DNA of 64,000 nucleotides from Candidatus Zhuqueibacterota bacterium (GCA_016931775.1 JAFGEC010000512.1:460-64459), one strand, 5' to 3'; numbered from the stretch's first letter, positions 20,774 through 31,269 are shown. The notes: generated by a model not told the origin, from the sequence alone. Program-made: numbers and translations.

Positions 20774-21730
20774 CTATATATAGCCGTCAGTTATGCGGTC
20801 TGACAACTCGGTCCAGGAAGCACCGCCGTTCTCCGTTTCAAGAATTGTTGTAAAAGACTGCCCAGCCTGTCCCTGAACTGCGATAAATCCATGCTTAGGT
20901 GTAAAAAAATTAATAGCGGTCACATTATTAAAAGAAGGGACGTTTTCAGACGTCCATGTATCTCCACCGTTATCCGTGAATAATAACAAAGCGTCGGCTT
21001 CTTGTTTACCTACAATCCATCCGGTGTCGGAATTGACAAAATAAAGATCGTTAAATCTGCCATTGGCGGCAGGATGGGATAACTTTGTCCAATTTATCCC
21101 GCTGTTCTTTGTTTGAAGAATATAGGGTGTGAGGTTCACATCATCGAATCCGAATGCCCAGCCGTAATTGTCATCAGCAAAGAACACCTTTTTGAACGTT
21201 CCATTTTGCTCTGGATGATTTATTTTTGACCAGGTTTCACCATCGGTGGTGCGAAGGATCAGAGTTTTTTGTGCATCCGAATTAAATCCGACGGCATAGC
21301 CGACCTGAGGACTGGTAAAAACCACATCAACCAATCCACCATTGTTAACGGGAGAAATCTGAGGCAGCCAACTGTTACCACCGTCCATCGTTTTCAAAAT
21401 GAGGGGAGTTGTCGTGCTGCCATAGTTCACGCCGACAGCATAACCTGTGTCGTGGGCTGTAAAGTGTATTCCCATGAATGTACCATCAATATCTAACGAT
21501 TGTACACGCCAGTTTTGTCCAGCATTTCCAGTAGACATAATGACAGCCCGGTTAACGGAAGCGTCTGTACCTGCGACCCAACCTGAATCCTTGTTCAGAA
21601 AATAAAAATCTTGAACTTGGGCGCTATTCAACGGTAGCGGATAAAGTGTCCACGGTAGTGTCTGGGCAAATGGTGATTGTGTTGCTATAAAAAATCCGGC
21701 GAAAAAAAGTATAAACTGTCGAGTCTTCAT
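20774..21730 (-). CDS. Secreted BNR/Asp-box repeat beta-propeller protein (Ycf48/sialidase-like fold)
   Basis: Signal peptide MKTRQFILFFAGFFIATQSPFAQ after an AAGGAGGG RBS. There are five SxDxGxTW-like repeats (GGNSW, GGDTW, GGASW, SGINW, GQNW). Confidence 0.65.
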   Translation of the reverse strand: MKTRQFILFFAGFFIATQSPFAQTLPWTLYPLPLNSAQVQDFYFLNKDSGWVAGTDASVNRAVIMSTGNAGQNWRVQSLDIDGTFMGIHFTAHDTGYAVGVNYGSTTTPLILKTMDGGNSWLPQISPVNNGGLVDVVFTSPQVGYAVGFNSDAQKTLILRTTDGETWSKINHPEQNGTFKKVFFADDNYGWAFGFDDVNLTPYILQTKNSGINWTKLSHPAANGRFNDLYFVNSDTGWIVGKQEADALLLFTDNGGDTWTSENVPSFNNVTAINFFTPKHGFIAVQGQAGQSFTTILETENGGASWTELSDRITDGYI

Positions 21731-22055
21731 ATGTAGTCCCTCCTTGTACTCATTCTGTTTATCCACTTTGCGGTTTAAAATTCTGCCATTTTCATTATTT
21801 ATTGCCACAAATGCTAATTTAGTAAAAGTAACAGGTGTTTTCCAAATCATAGATGCCCAATTCATAAAGTCCTTCATTGCCGATAGAATAGTCTGAAAAA
21901 ATGATGCCGGAACGAAAGAAATAGTATTTGACACGGATTTCCACTGATATAACTCGGAAAGAAGAATTCAAATACGGTGTTAATTGTTTTTGTTATATCA
22001 TTTTTTTTAAATTGAAGAGTCCGGCTCGGTAAAAGATAACTTGTTAAAATGTAAT

Positions 22056-22991
22056 TTACTGACGTTCAACATAGGTTTGGTATATTTCGCCCAGATCAAT
22101 CGTAGATGCGTCACCTCGATGAATAACCACAGCATATTTTAAAATGACTGGTTTTATTGTTGGTATTACCACCGGTTCACGTCCGGGAAACATGGCGTTT
22201 TGCATGCTTTTGGATAATTGACCACCCCGTATGATCCAGTTTTGCGCTAGGCCGGGATTGTCGGGGTGGGTAAAAATTGTTATACCGCATTTTTTTTCGA
22301 CAAAAGTACCGGAAAAATCCATCCAAGGGCCCGCCTGAATGGCGTTATTTTTTGGCGTTATGTGTTTATTTTGCGAGACAAAAATGAGGTCATCCGGAAC
22401 GGGTGTTCTTACTGAAAAGCCTCCGTAACCTTTTTCGTCTTTTGAACCGCCGATTTTTACGCTGTCTTCCATTGCCTGCAACTCAATCTGGAATGTCAAA
22501 ATTCTATAATCCTGTTGCGTCTTGTAAATCGTTATCAGAGTGTTTTCCCTGATGAACGGCTTTATATTTTTCCCGTCATCGAGCCAGAGGGGCGACCGCC
22601 ACATGACGTCTGCTGCCAGTGTTACGGATTGCGAATCGGGCCGTGCAATTTTTACTGTTTCCACACCATAACTTATGTTCCTGCATTCCCAGCTGTCGCC
22701 TAAGCTTGAGTCACCGATTATCACCTGGTGCCAGGCCCAAAATACACCCCGATGGTGGGGATGATCCGGCGGAAAATCCTCGGTTATTATTTCACCATCC
22801 AGGCTGTACAAGGGATGGATGTAATTTGAGCGTGGATATTTACCGTCCAATGATTTGGTTTGTGTCTGGTAAAACATGATGTCTTTACCGTTCTGACGAA
22901 CCCAATATCCATCCTCATGCTTGTCAACCGTGAGCTGACAAAATCCGGGTTGCACGCATGTGAAGAGAATAAAAAGATAAATCGGTTTCAT
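22056..22991 (-). CDS. Secreted hypothetical protein, possibly PmoA-like (DUF6807) family
   Basis: Signal peptide. A DHPHHRGVFWAWH motif is remembered from PmoA-family/DUF6807 proteins. The family assignment is not verified. Confidence 0.5.
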   Translation of the reverse strand: MKPIYLFILFTCVQPGFCQLTVDKHEDGYWVRQNGKDIMFYQTQTKSLDGKYPRSNYIHPLYSLDGEIITEDFPPDHPHHRGVFWAWHQVIIGDSSLGDSWECRNISYGVETVKIARPDSQSVTLAADVMWRSPLWLDDGKNIKPFIRENTLITIYKTQQDYRILTFQIELQAMEDSVKIGGSKDEKGYGGFSVRTPVPDDLIFVSQNKHITPKNNAIQAGPWMDFSGTFVEKKCGITIFTHPDNPGLAQNWIIRGGQLSKSMQNAMFPGREPVVIPTIKPVILKYAVVIHRGDASTIDLGEIYQTYVERQ

Positions 22992-23011
22992 ATTAAAAAA
23001 TTTCCCATGTT

Positions 23012-23827
23012 TTACTTTTGGCTAACAACAGAGTTCATACCGACAACAATGTAAATACTGCCGATGAAAAACAAGATTGCACCGTAAATCCAAAGATATC
23101 CTTTTAAAAAAATCAGAAAACCAGCGATGAAAATGAGCGAACTGCAGCCAATGGACCATTTTGTGCGTCTATTCCAACGTTTTATTGATTCATCCAGCAT
23201 TTTTTGCGCCTCGGTTATATCATATCGCTCTTTGGTCATTTTCGCCAGTATGCTATCCGCGGACTCGCCACTTTTTAGCATGCGTGCCGCACCGGCAGTC
23301 CATTGACGACGGCTTCGATATCCCGGTTTTAATTCAAAACAGTCGGAATGAATTTTTTTATGAGTACTGTCATCCTTATTAAGGTTATTTAGAACCTGGC
23401 CGGCAATTTCACGTGCACAGGATCTGATGCATCGTTTCATAATTGATTTAAAGTTACTAAAAATATATGGACTAATTAACAGCAATAACAAGTCGTTAAA
23501 TATCGACCTGCTTTTCCCTGCAATCGCGTAAAGATCAGCTACAGGACGGCCTTTAATTATCAACGTTCCCTCTACTTCGAGAACAACTCTGCCATCAGGT
23601 ATAAAAATCATGCGAAGAAATTCATCGCCTTTATCTATACGAACATACCGGCCTCTTATTATAATCGGGGCTCCATCTCCTTTCTTGAACACCATCAACC
23701 CCTTCTTGTGAAGCTGGTTCCTCAACTCATTTTGGAATTCTGTATCCACTTCTTCTGCATGGGGAAAATTTATATCAGCTCCGCCCAAATCCCACTCAAC
23801 AATACACGGCCATTTTTTGTATTCCAT
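23012..23827 (-). CDS. Hypothetical protein with a soluble beta-rich N-terminal domain and a C-terminal 2-TM hairpin
   Basis: ORF with coding-like composition and two C-terminal hydrophobic helices. No recognised family. Confidence 0.5.
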   Translation of the reverse strand: MEYKKWPCIVEWDLGGADINFPHAEEVDTEFQNELRNQLHKKGLMVFKKGDGAPIIIRGRYVRIDKGDEFLRMIFIPDGRVVLEVEGTLIIKGRPVADLYAIAGKSRSIFNDLLLLLISPYIFSNFKSIMKRCIRSCAREIAGQVLNNLNKDDSTHKKIHSDCFELKPGYRSRRQWTAGAARMLKSGESADSILAKMTKERYDITEAQKMLDESIKRWNRRTKWSIGCSSLIFIAGFLIFLKGYLWIYGAILFFIGSIYIVVGMNSVVSQK

Positions 23828-23916
23828 TGAATTTTTTTCTCCTTAACAGATTGAAGTCAAGTTTGTCAGCCTTAAATATATAAAAAAAATAAAATAATGC
23901 AAGTTATTCGGTGTGA

Positions 23917-24819
23917 TCATTTTTCAGTTTTAGCCGGTAACAAAATCCGGAATCCCAATGTATAATGATAATCAAATGCCTGTTCGTAACGCCGGAAGGC
24001 ACAACGGCACCGTTGCAGGGGCTCCTGGTAACTGCCGTTTCGAAAGACATGCTCCACGAATATATTTAACAATAAAAATTTGGGTCCCGTTATGACAGGA
24101 TCAATCACACCCTCGCGTTCAGAGGGTTCCCGGTAACGATCCAGACACCATTCGGACACATTACCGTGCATATCGTACAATCCCCAGCCGTTCGGCTGTT
24201 TGAGTCCCACTGCCTTGAGTTTATTGTCGGAATTATCTCCCGCCCACCATATCCGTTCTTGCAATATCTTATAACAGCTGTCGCTTAGCACGGCCTGATT
24301 CAAGCAGTCGCAGAGTTCCCCACCGGCACGGCAGGCATATTCCCATTCTGCCTCCGATGGCAGACGAAAATCCCTTCCCGTCATTTTATTTAACCGGTTC
24401 ATAAACCACTGGCATTCTATCCAACTGACCTTGTTCACCGGATTGTTCTCACCCTTGTATTTGGAGTGGTTCGGCTTGCCCATGACAGCCTGCCATTGTG
24501 CCTGCGTGGTTTCAAAACGAGCAAGAAAAAAAGGCTGACTGATACTGACCTTATGCAGCGGCCATTCGTTATCCGACCTGTTACGATTTTCAAGGGCGGA
24601 ACCCATACTGAATTCTCCTGAGGGAATGAGAACCATCTCCAATTTTTGTGCGGAGGCCGGCAATTCCGCCAGCTCTATAGTTAAAACATCACCGGGGAGG
24701 TATTGATCATCCTTTTTTCTAAAATCACTTCTCCCCACATGATTGGGTTCGACACATTGTGACAACACAAAAAGAATCACAAAGGAAAAACCGAAAACAA
24801 ATGTTAAAATTTTTGTCAT
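23917..24819 (-). CDS. FGE-sulfatase (SUMF1/EgtB/PvdO-type) domain protein with an N-terminal signal/anchor
   Basis: Signature ...WEYACRAGG...NGWGLYDMHGNVSEWC... of the formylglycine-generating-enzyme fold. The start is placed at the ATG at 24819 (RBS GGAGAT) rather than the GTG at 24846. Confidence 0.8.
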   Translation of the reverse strand: MTKILTFVFGFSFVILFVLSQCVEPNHVGRSDFRKKDDQYLPGDVLTIELAELPASAQKLEMVLIPSGEFSMGSALENRNRSDNEWPLHKVSISQPFFLARFETTQAQWQAVMGKPNHSKYKGENNPVNKVSWIECQWFMNRLNKMTGRDFRLPSEAEWEYACRAGGELCDCLNQAVLSDSCYKILQERIWWAGDNSDNKLKAVGLKQPNGWGLYDMHGNVSEWCLDRYREPSEREGVIDPVITGPKFLLLNIFVEHVFRNGSYQEPLQRCRCAFRRYEQAFDYHYTLGFRILLPAKTEK

Positions 24820-24835
24820 TGTATTATCTCCAATT

Positions 24836-25726
24836 TTAATTTTCACGACTTGTATAAAGGATAGCGGCCGAAAAACTCAACAAGACCAAAAATAGAAAAA
24901 AAGGAAACCAAAGATATCCCAGCCGCAGGCTTTTTTCGAAATAGCTAAACAAGAATAACAGGCTCATAGCCGGCACTGTACATATCAGGGAAAAAAGACT
25001 TGCCCGGCAGACATCCAGAAACTGTTTTTCGTCATACCATTCCCGGATCCGCTCTTTACGTTTGAGTAAAAGCCAGTAAAAAACCACAAGTCCGTAGGGC
25101 AAGGCGATCAACACGCCGAAAAACGGGATGACGAATTTGAGCATGCGAACGGGATATACAAAAAAAGCAAGCAGGGAAAATAAAAGTCCGAGTGCCCCGC
25201 ACACCACACCGATGTATTGTGCCACCTTGAATATGACCTCATCCTTGAAAACATGTTCCGTTTGCACCTGAAGCCGGTTTGATCGTAAAAGGCCGAACGC
25301 CGTGATCAGAGCCAGAATATAGAAAATCAGATGGCAGAATTGGGAAATATACAAGGCCAGCCATTCGCCGCTGGTCTCCAATCCGTATTTATATTCCTTA
25401 CCGATATCGTTTAGCGCCGCCCAGTCACCGCCCAGCGCAAGAAAGGATAAAATTCCCAAACATAAAGTGGCCATACCAAAAAATGTGGCTTTTTTCGATA
25501 TCTGAAAGCGCAAGAACATGCTGACAAACGCACATATATGAAAAACAACCGCCAGGAGAATGCCAAGATAAACACACATCAGCAGTGTTTCACCCGATCC
25601 CAACGCCTGCAGATTCGCCATTTTAGGCTGTACCGTCAAAAAAACATAAAAATTGCATCCCAATAGGCTTAAGCATAAAATTCCCAGGATCACGGACAAG
25701 TAGGCGGATATTTTTTTATTTTTCAT
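24836..25726 (-). CDS. Polytopic inner-membrane protein (about 8 TM) of unknown function
   Basis: Eight hydrophobic segments and positive-inside loops. It is co-oriented with, and 17 nt downstream of, the XRE regulator. Confidence 0.6.
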   Translation of the reverse strand: MKNKKISAYLSVILGILCLSLLGCNFYVFLTVQPKMANLQALGSGETLLMCVYLGILLAVVFHICAFVSMFLRFQISKKATFFGMATLCLGILSFLALGGDWAALNDIGKEYKYGLETSGEWLALYISQFCHLIFYILALITAFGLLRSNRLQVQTEHVFKDEVIFKVAQYIGVVCGALGLLFSLLAFFVYPVRMLKFVIPFFGVLIALPYGLVVFYWLLLKRKERIREWYDEKQFLDVCRASLFSLICTVPAMSLLFLFSYFEKSLRLGYLWFPFFLFLVLLSFSAAILYTSREN

Positions 25727-25743
25727 AATGACCTCCTGAACTC

Positions 25744-25950
25744 TTATTCATCTTGCAGATAAAAGATTTCTTCCACAGTTTTATTGAAAAACCGGGCCAG
25801 TTTAAGTGCCAGCAGAGTTGAAGGCACAAATTTGCCCTTTTCGATGGAGTGAATGGTCAATCTGGTCACCCCGATTTCATTGGCCAGCGCCTGCTGCGAT
25901 ATTTCATTCGCTTCAAAACGGCAGCGCCTGAGATGATTTCCCAATTTCAA
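25744..25950 (-). CDS. XRE-family helix-turn-helix transcriptional regulator (68 aa); TTG start
   Basis: MKLGNHLRRCRFEANEISQQALANEIGVTRLTIHSIEKGK is a canonical Cro/C1 HTH. An AGGAGG RBS lies 8 nt before the TTG, so the annotated GTG at 25959 is rejected. Confidence 0.75.
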   Translation of the reverse strand: MKLGNHLRRCRFEANEISQQALANEIGVTRLTIHSIEKGKFVPSTLLALKLARFFNKTVEEIFYLQDE

Positions 25951-26113
25951 AAACAACACCTCCTAATGTATATCTTAATATATATTATGTATATTTTACT
26001 ATGCTAAATATATAGAATAATATACTTTTTGTCAAGTAAAAAATTGTTTAAATTATCGGGATTACAACAGAGATGATATTTGCAAATCCTAACGGATTAT
26101 TTATATATCTTTA

Positions 26114-26157
26114 ATAAAAAACGGGGTGTTTATCCCGGAAGAAAAACACCCCGCAAT
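26114..26157 (-). terminator. Rho-independent terminator ending the clpC operon
   Basis: Minus strand: CGGGGTGTTTTT-cttccgggat-AAACACCCCG followed by TTTTTTATT. Confidence 0.6.
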
Positions 26158-26234
26158 ATTATAGCACAAATTTAAATTTTATTAATACGCCGGGATAATT
26201 TATATCCCGGTTTACCCTTCAAATTCAAGAATCC

Positions 26235-28721
26235 CTAATTTTCCACAACTTTTGGACTGGCCGACTTGCCCGAACTCAAACCGTTTTCGTGGCGGCCTTT
26301 TTCGATAAAATCAAGACTGTCGCCTTTTCTTTTCACGCTAATGATGCTGCCGTCGGAAAATTTGCCTTTTAAAATTTCCTCGGCAATGGGATCTTCGATG
26401 AATTTTTGAATGGTGCGTTTTAACGGTCTGGCACCGTAAACCGGATCGAATCCATGGCTGATGAGGAAATCCTTAACGCCTTTTGTAAGTTCGATATTGA
26501 TGTGACGCTCAGCAACTTTTATCAACATCTCATCGATCACCACATCGATTATCTGTCCCATATCTTCCCGGTCCAGTTGGCGGAAAACCACAATTTCGTC
26601 GACACGGTTCAGAAATTCGGGATTAAAAGTCTGTTTGACCTTGTCCAATATCCGTGAACGCATATCCTCATAACCGGCGTCTTTACCGTCTTTCGCGAAA
26701 CCGAATCCACTTCCCTTGTTGATTTCCCGGGCACCCAGATTACTGGTCATAATCAGTACGGTGTTTTTGAAATTTACCTTACGGCCTAAACCATCGGTTA
26801 CATGGCCTTCATCCAGGATCTGCAGCAGAATGTTAAATACATCCGGATGAGCTTTTTCAATTTCGTCAAACAGCACCACGGCGTAAGGATGACGCCTGAC
26901 CTTTTCCGTCAGTTGTCCGCCTTCTTCATAGCCGATATATCCGGGAGGCGCACCCGTGAGCCGCGATACGGAGAATTTCTCCATGAACTCGGACATGTCG
27001 ATGCGCACCAGTGCTTCATCGTCTTCGAACAGGTATCTGGCCAGTTCCTTTGCCAGATAGGTTTTTCCCACGCCTGTGGGCCCGAGAAAAATAAAAGATC
27101 CGATGGGCCTGTTTGGATCTTTTAATCCCGCGCGTGTCCGGCGAATCGCCTTACTGAGCATATTGATAACTTTATCCTGGCCGATGATGCGCTTTCTCAG
27201 TTCGTCGTTCATATTCAGGAGCCGGTTAAATTCCGATTGAGAAACACGTGTGACCGGAATTCCCGTCATCATGGAAACCACTTCGGCCACATCGTCTTCG
27301 GAGATCGAAGCAAACGAATTTTCCTGTTCTTCATTCCAGTTTCGTTTGGTATTTTCCAGTTCCCGAATCAACGATTTTTCACGATCCCGTAAAATGGCGG
27401 CTTTTTCGAAATTCTGCTGACGAACAACCTGGTCTTTTTCCTTGCGTACCTTTTTTATTTGTTCTTCCAGTTCCGTGATCTCTCGCGGTACCACAATATT
27501 CGACAGGTGGACGCGGGCACCTGTTTCGTCCAGTACATCGATAGACTTATCCGGTTGATAGCGGTCGGAAATATAACGATCTGAGAGCGTTACGATCGAA
27601 CGGAGGGCTTCGTCTGTAAAACGGACCCGGTGATGTGCTTCGTAACGCGATCTAAGTCCTTTGATGATTTCCGTGGTTTCTTCAAGCGACGGCGGATCGA
27701 CGATCACTTTTTGGAATCGCCGTTCCAACGCACCGTCTTTTTCGATATGCTGGCGGTACTCGTCGAGAGTGGTGGCACCGATACATTGAAGTTCGCCGCG
27801 GGACAGAGCAGGTTTAAACATATTGGAAGCGTCGAGTGAACCGGAGGCGCCGCCGGCTCCGACGATTGTGTGCAACTCGTCAATAAAAAGAATCACATCC
27901 CGTGTTTTCACCAGTTCATTCATGATGGCTTTCATGCGTTCCTCAAATTGGCCCCGGTATTTTGTGCCCGCCACAATGGCGCCTAGGTCCAGGGTAATGA
28001 CTCGTTTGTTATGCAGAATTCGCGGCACTTTTTGTTCGATGATACGGATCGCCAAGCCTTCAGCGATGGCGGTTTTCCCTACGCCGGGTTCACCGATCAG
28101 AACCGGATTATTCTTTTTGCGCCGGCTGAGGATCTGTGCAACACGTTGTATCTCTTTCGTTCTCCCGATAATCGGATCCAACTCACCTTTTCGTGCCATT
28201 TCGGTCAGGTCGCGTCCGAAATGATCCAGGGCCGGAGTGGTTGACTTGGCGTTGCCGGGATCAGAACCGGGTTGAGTAGATGCACTACCCTGCATAATAC
28301 GTTCCAATTCTTCGGACACGGCCTCATAAGTCACGCCGAAACTTTTCAATATTTGTGCTGCCAAACCTTCTTTTTCCTTAACCAGCGCCAGTAAAAGGTG
28401 CTCTGTACCGATGATATCGGATTTATGCCGGTCGGCCTCAACATAAGCGCTTTTTAGTATTTTTTCCGCGCGTTTAGTAAATGGTATATTACCGATGGTC
28501 ATGGTATCGCCCGAAGCCCGCCCGGCGTCTTCCACCGCGCTTTTTACTTCTTCGAGGTCGCATCCCAATGAGTGCAAAATTTCAATTGCTATCCCTTCTC
28601 CTTCACGAATAAGCCCCAAAAGTAAATGTTCTGTGCCGATATAATCATGCCCAAGTCTTAAGGCCTCATCCCTTGCGAATTGTATAACCATCTGTACCCG
28701 ACTCGAAAAATTATTTTTCAT
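26235..28721 (-). CDS. clpC: ATP-dependent Clp protease ATP-binding subunit ClpC (Clp_N repeats, two AAA+ modules, UVR motif)
   Basis: N-terminal ...ARDEALRLGHDYIGTEHLLLGLIREGEG..., two Walker A sites (GEPGVGKTAIAEGLA and GPTGVGKTYLAKELA) and a UVR-like coiled coil. Confidence 0.95.
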   Translation of the reverse strand: MKNNFSSRVQMVIQFARDEALRLGHDYIGTEHLLLGLIREGEGIAIEILHSLGCDLEEVKSAVEDAGRASGDTMTIGNIPFTKRAEKILKSAYVEADRHKSDIIGTEHLLLALVKEKEGLAAQILKSFGVTYEAVSEELERIMQGSASTQPGSDPGNAKSTTPALDHFGRDLTEMARKGELDPIIGRTKEIQRVAQILSRRKKNNPVLIGEPGVGKTAIAEGLAIRIIEQKVPRILHNKRVITLDLGAIVAGTKYRGQFEERMKAIMNELVKTRDVILFIDELHTIVGAGGASGSLDASNMFKPALSRGELQCIGATTLDEYRQHIEKDGALERRFQKVIVDPPSLEETTEIIKGLRSRYEAHHRVRFTDEALRSIVTLSDRYISDRYQPDKSIDVLDETGARVHLSNIVVPREITELEEQIKKVRKEKDQVVRQQNFEKAAILRDREKSLIRELENTKRNWNEEQENSFASISEDDVAEVVSMMTGIPVTRVSQSEFNRLLNMNDELRKRIIGQDKVINMLSKAIRRTRAGLKDPNRPIGSFIFLGPTGVGKTYLAKELARYLFEDDEALVRIDMSEFMEKFSVSRLTGAPPGYIGYEEGGQLTEKVRRHPYAVVLFDEIEKAHPDVFNILLQILDEGHVTDGLGRKVNFKNTVLIMTSNLGAREINKGSGFGFAKDGKDAGYEDMRSRILDKVKQTFNPEFLNRVDEIVVFRQLDREDMGQIIDVVIDEMLIKVAERHINIELTKGVKDFLISHGFDPVYGARPLKRTIQKFIEDPIAEEILKGKFSDGSIISVKRKGDSLDFIEKGRHENGLSSGKSASPKVVEN

Positions 28722-28745
28722 CGCTTACTCCTCAATTCAATTCCG

Positions 28746-29858
28746 TTAGATGGGTAGTTGGCTACGAACGTAATCCGCCCGTATCCGATCTCGTTCTGTT
28801 GAATTCATCTGTTTTCGAAAAATCTGCTGTAAATGTGCGGGCTGTGTTGTAATAATCAAAAAATTGAACAACCGATAGTCCACCGGATCAATTAATTCCA
28901 AACTCGAACCGAGTCTTAAATCTGATAACAACTGTAATAATTCTGTCGACTGTATCAACTTGGCTGCTTTAACGATTGCCCGTGCTCGAACAACGCGGTC
29001 CTCTATTTGAGCGCGGTGCTCAACACTTGCATTTTCCCTTTCCTCCCTTTCCTTTTCCACCAGATTCTGGGCCACCAAGTGCATCCGTTTTATGATGTTT
29101 TTCTCGACACGACCTAAGGTCAATTGATTGGATACCTGATAGATATCACCTTGAACTCGAGATCCTTCACCATAAAATCCACGAATAGCAACTTCACTCG
29201 GTCCCATTTCTTCAAATATCTGCTTTATTTTTCCTGCGATTGTCAATGCCGGGAGATGGACAAAAACCGATGCACGTAGCCCTGTGCCCACATTAGTGGG
29301 ACATGCCGTTAAATAGCCGAATTGTTCTGAAAATGAATAATCCAAAATTCCACTCAGTTTATTATCAATTGTCCGGATAACCTCCCAGGCGTTATTTAAA
29401 TTTAACGACGGTGCCATTGATTGTATACGAATGTGATCTTCCTCATTGATCATGAGGCTCACTTTTTCTCCCGGGGCAATAACCACACCGCGGGGAATTG
29501 TATCGGCTGCAAAACCAGGACTGATGAGCCGTCGTTCTAATAAAAAATTTTTTTCACTTTTCGTACAAGTGTTCAAGTTTAGTGACACATAGCCATAAAA
29601 CTCCGACACCTGCCCAACTGCGTCTAATACTGTTTTTAATATACTTACAAAGCTTTTTGGCGTTGCCTGCGATCGATATTTAAATCCTTTCAAATTTCGT
29701 GCCAATCTTATTCGACTGGAAATAATAATGTCATTTTCTTTGCCTTCACCTTCCAGCCAGGGAATGGACTGGCGGCACATAGCGTCCAGAAGGGAGGAGG
29801 TATCGTTGTAATCTCCCAGCCAGCAGGACATTTTTTTTTCAGTTGATAATTGCGTCAT
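28746..29858 (-). CDS. mcsB: Protein-arginine kinase McsB (ATP:guanido phosphotransferase family)
   Basis: ...SSRIRLARNLKGFKYR... and a phosphagen-kinase-like catalytic core, immediately upstream of clpC. Confidence 0.85.
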   Translation of the reverse strand: MTQLSTEKKMSCWLGDYNDTSSLLDAMCRQSIPWLEGEGKENDIIISSRIRLARNLKGFKYRSQATPKSFVSILKTVLDAVGQVSEFYGYVSLNLNTCTKSEKNFLLERRLISPGFAADTIPRGVVIAPGEKVSLMINEEDHIRIQSMAPSLNLNNAWEVIRTIDNKLSGILDYSFSEQFGYLTACPTNVGTGLRASVFVHLPALTIAGKIKQIFEEMGPSEVAIRGFYGEGSRVQGDIYQVSNQLTLGRVEKNIIKRMHLVAQNLVEKEREERENASVEHRAQIEDRVVRARAIVKAAKLIQSTELLQLLSDLRLGSSLELIDPVDYRLFNFLIITTQPAHLQQIFRKQMNSTERDRIRADYVRSQLPI

Positions 29859-29861
29859 TTT

Positions 29862-30362
29862 TTACATACAATTTTCTATATCATGTATGATATCACGAAG
29901 CTCTGCCGCTTTTTCAAATTTTTCTTCCGCTATTGCCTGTTTCAACTGCTGGCGCAGTTTCTGTAAATTTTTTGCACTCGTAGCGTTTATTAATTTTTGC
30001 GGACGGCTTCCAATGTGTTTTGAACTGCCATGAATGCGGCGAAGCATACCGATCAATACAGGTCGAAAGCTATTATAGCAGTCGGAGCACCCAAAGGCGC
30101 CTTTTTGTTTAAAATCGCCGAGTGACATTCCACAATTTTCACAGCGAACACCATCGTCCGCCTCATCACCGTGCTGGGCCAGACTTTTTGCCAGAAACTC
30201 GAATAGCAATAAACCCAGCGAATCGGAAAGGCCGGAAAAAGGATTGTGCAAATTTTGCTGCTCAGCACATTCTTCACAAACAGCAAGCTCCTTTGACTGG
30301 CCTTTAAATATCAAATGAATTTTTTTTGTTGCCGGGTTGCTCCGGCATATCTCACATAACAT
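29862..30362 (-). CDS. mcsA: McsA, activator of the protein-arginine kinase (zinc fingers plus UVR motif)
   Basis: Starts MLCEICRSNPA...CEEC...CENCG...CSDC and ends with a UVR-like EEKFEKAAELRDII. The internal ATG is chosen because it matches the McsA N-terminus. Confidence 0.75.
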   Translation of the reverse strand: MLCEICRSNPATKKIHLIFKGQSKELAVCEECAEQQNLHNPFSGLSDSLGLLLFEFLAKSLAQHGDEADDGVRCENCGMSLGDFKQKGAFGCSDCYNSFRPVLIGMLRRIHGSSKHIGSRPQKLINATSAKNLQKLRQQLKQAIAEEKFEKAAELRDIIHDIENCM

Positions 30363-31065
30363 TAGATGCTGCTTTTGGTAAATTTTTAATCCGGCCGTCT
30401 TCCAGTTCAATAATTCGATCGGCCTGTTTGGCCAAATCGGGATTGTGCGTCACAATGATCAATGTCGTATTATAAAGCCGGCTCAACTGCCATAACAACG
30501 TGTGCAGGGCATCTGCGGTATGTTTGTCCAGGTTACCGGACGGCTCATCCGCCAGCAATAAACGTGGTTGATTGAGCAAAGCTCTGGCCACCGCCACTCG
30601 CTGCTGCTCACCGCCGGAAAGCTCGTTGGGCCGGTGTTCAGTGCGGTCTTCAAGTCCGACTTCAAGCAATAATTGTAAGGCTCGTTCCTGCAATTCCGCC
30701 CGCTGCTGCCCGGCGATCATCCCGGGGATCATCACATTCTCTACAGCGGAAAATTCGGGCAGCAGGTGATGTGCCTGAAAGACAAATCCGATTGTTTTAT
30801 TCCGAAACTGTGCCAATTCCATATCATTAAAAGACGCCAGATCCGTATGATCTATTTGTATTGTACCTGCTGAAGGGCGGTCCAGCGCACCGATCAAATG
30901 AAGCAGTGTGCTTTTTCCCACGCCGGATGGCCCCATGACAGCTATAATCTCACCTTCTCGGGCCTCCAGGTAGATACCCTTGAGAACATGCAGTCGCAGG
31001 CCGCGCCCCATAAGGTAACTTTTGTGCAGGTCAAAGGTTTTTAAAATATAATTGTTGTTCATCAT
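30352..31065 (-). CDS. lolD: Lipoprotein-releasing system ATP-binding protein LolD-like ABC ATPase
   Basis: Walker A GPSGVGKST, signature LSGGEQQRVAVARAL and Walker B LLLADEP. It is adjacent to two FtsX/LolCE permeases. Confidence 0.8.
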   Translation of the reverse strand: MMNNNYILKTFDLHKSYLMGRGLRLHVLKGIYLEAREGEIIAVMGPSGVGKSTLLHLIGALDRPSAGTIQIDHTDLASFNDMELAQFRNKTIGFVFQAHHLLPEFSAVENVMIPGMIAGQQRAELQERALQLLLEVGLEDRTEHRPNELSGGEQQRVAVARALLNQPRLLLADEPSGNLDKHTADALHTLLWQLSRLYNTTLIIVTHNPDLAKQADRIIELEDGRIKNLPKAASNVM

Positions 31066-31269
31066 TTATTTTATTTTAACAAAAGTGATCCTTTTTATCA
31101 TCCACGTATTTTATGGCATTTACAATATAAAAAAACGATATCAAAGATACAAGATTGTTTTTTTAGCCGTACGTCAGTGATGGGTGGGAAAGCATCCAAG
31201 TTCTTTCGAATATATTTAACTGTTACTTTTCCTTGAGGTGTTTGATTCCTGATTGCGCTACACTGGCCG

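Noticed and set aside
26188-26213. Small hairpin CCGGGATA-attta-TATCCCGG immediately after the clpC stop
   Set aside because: There is no U-tract on the clpC (minus) strand. The stronger hairpin plus T-run at 26114-26157 is the better terminator.
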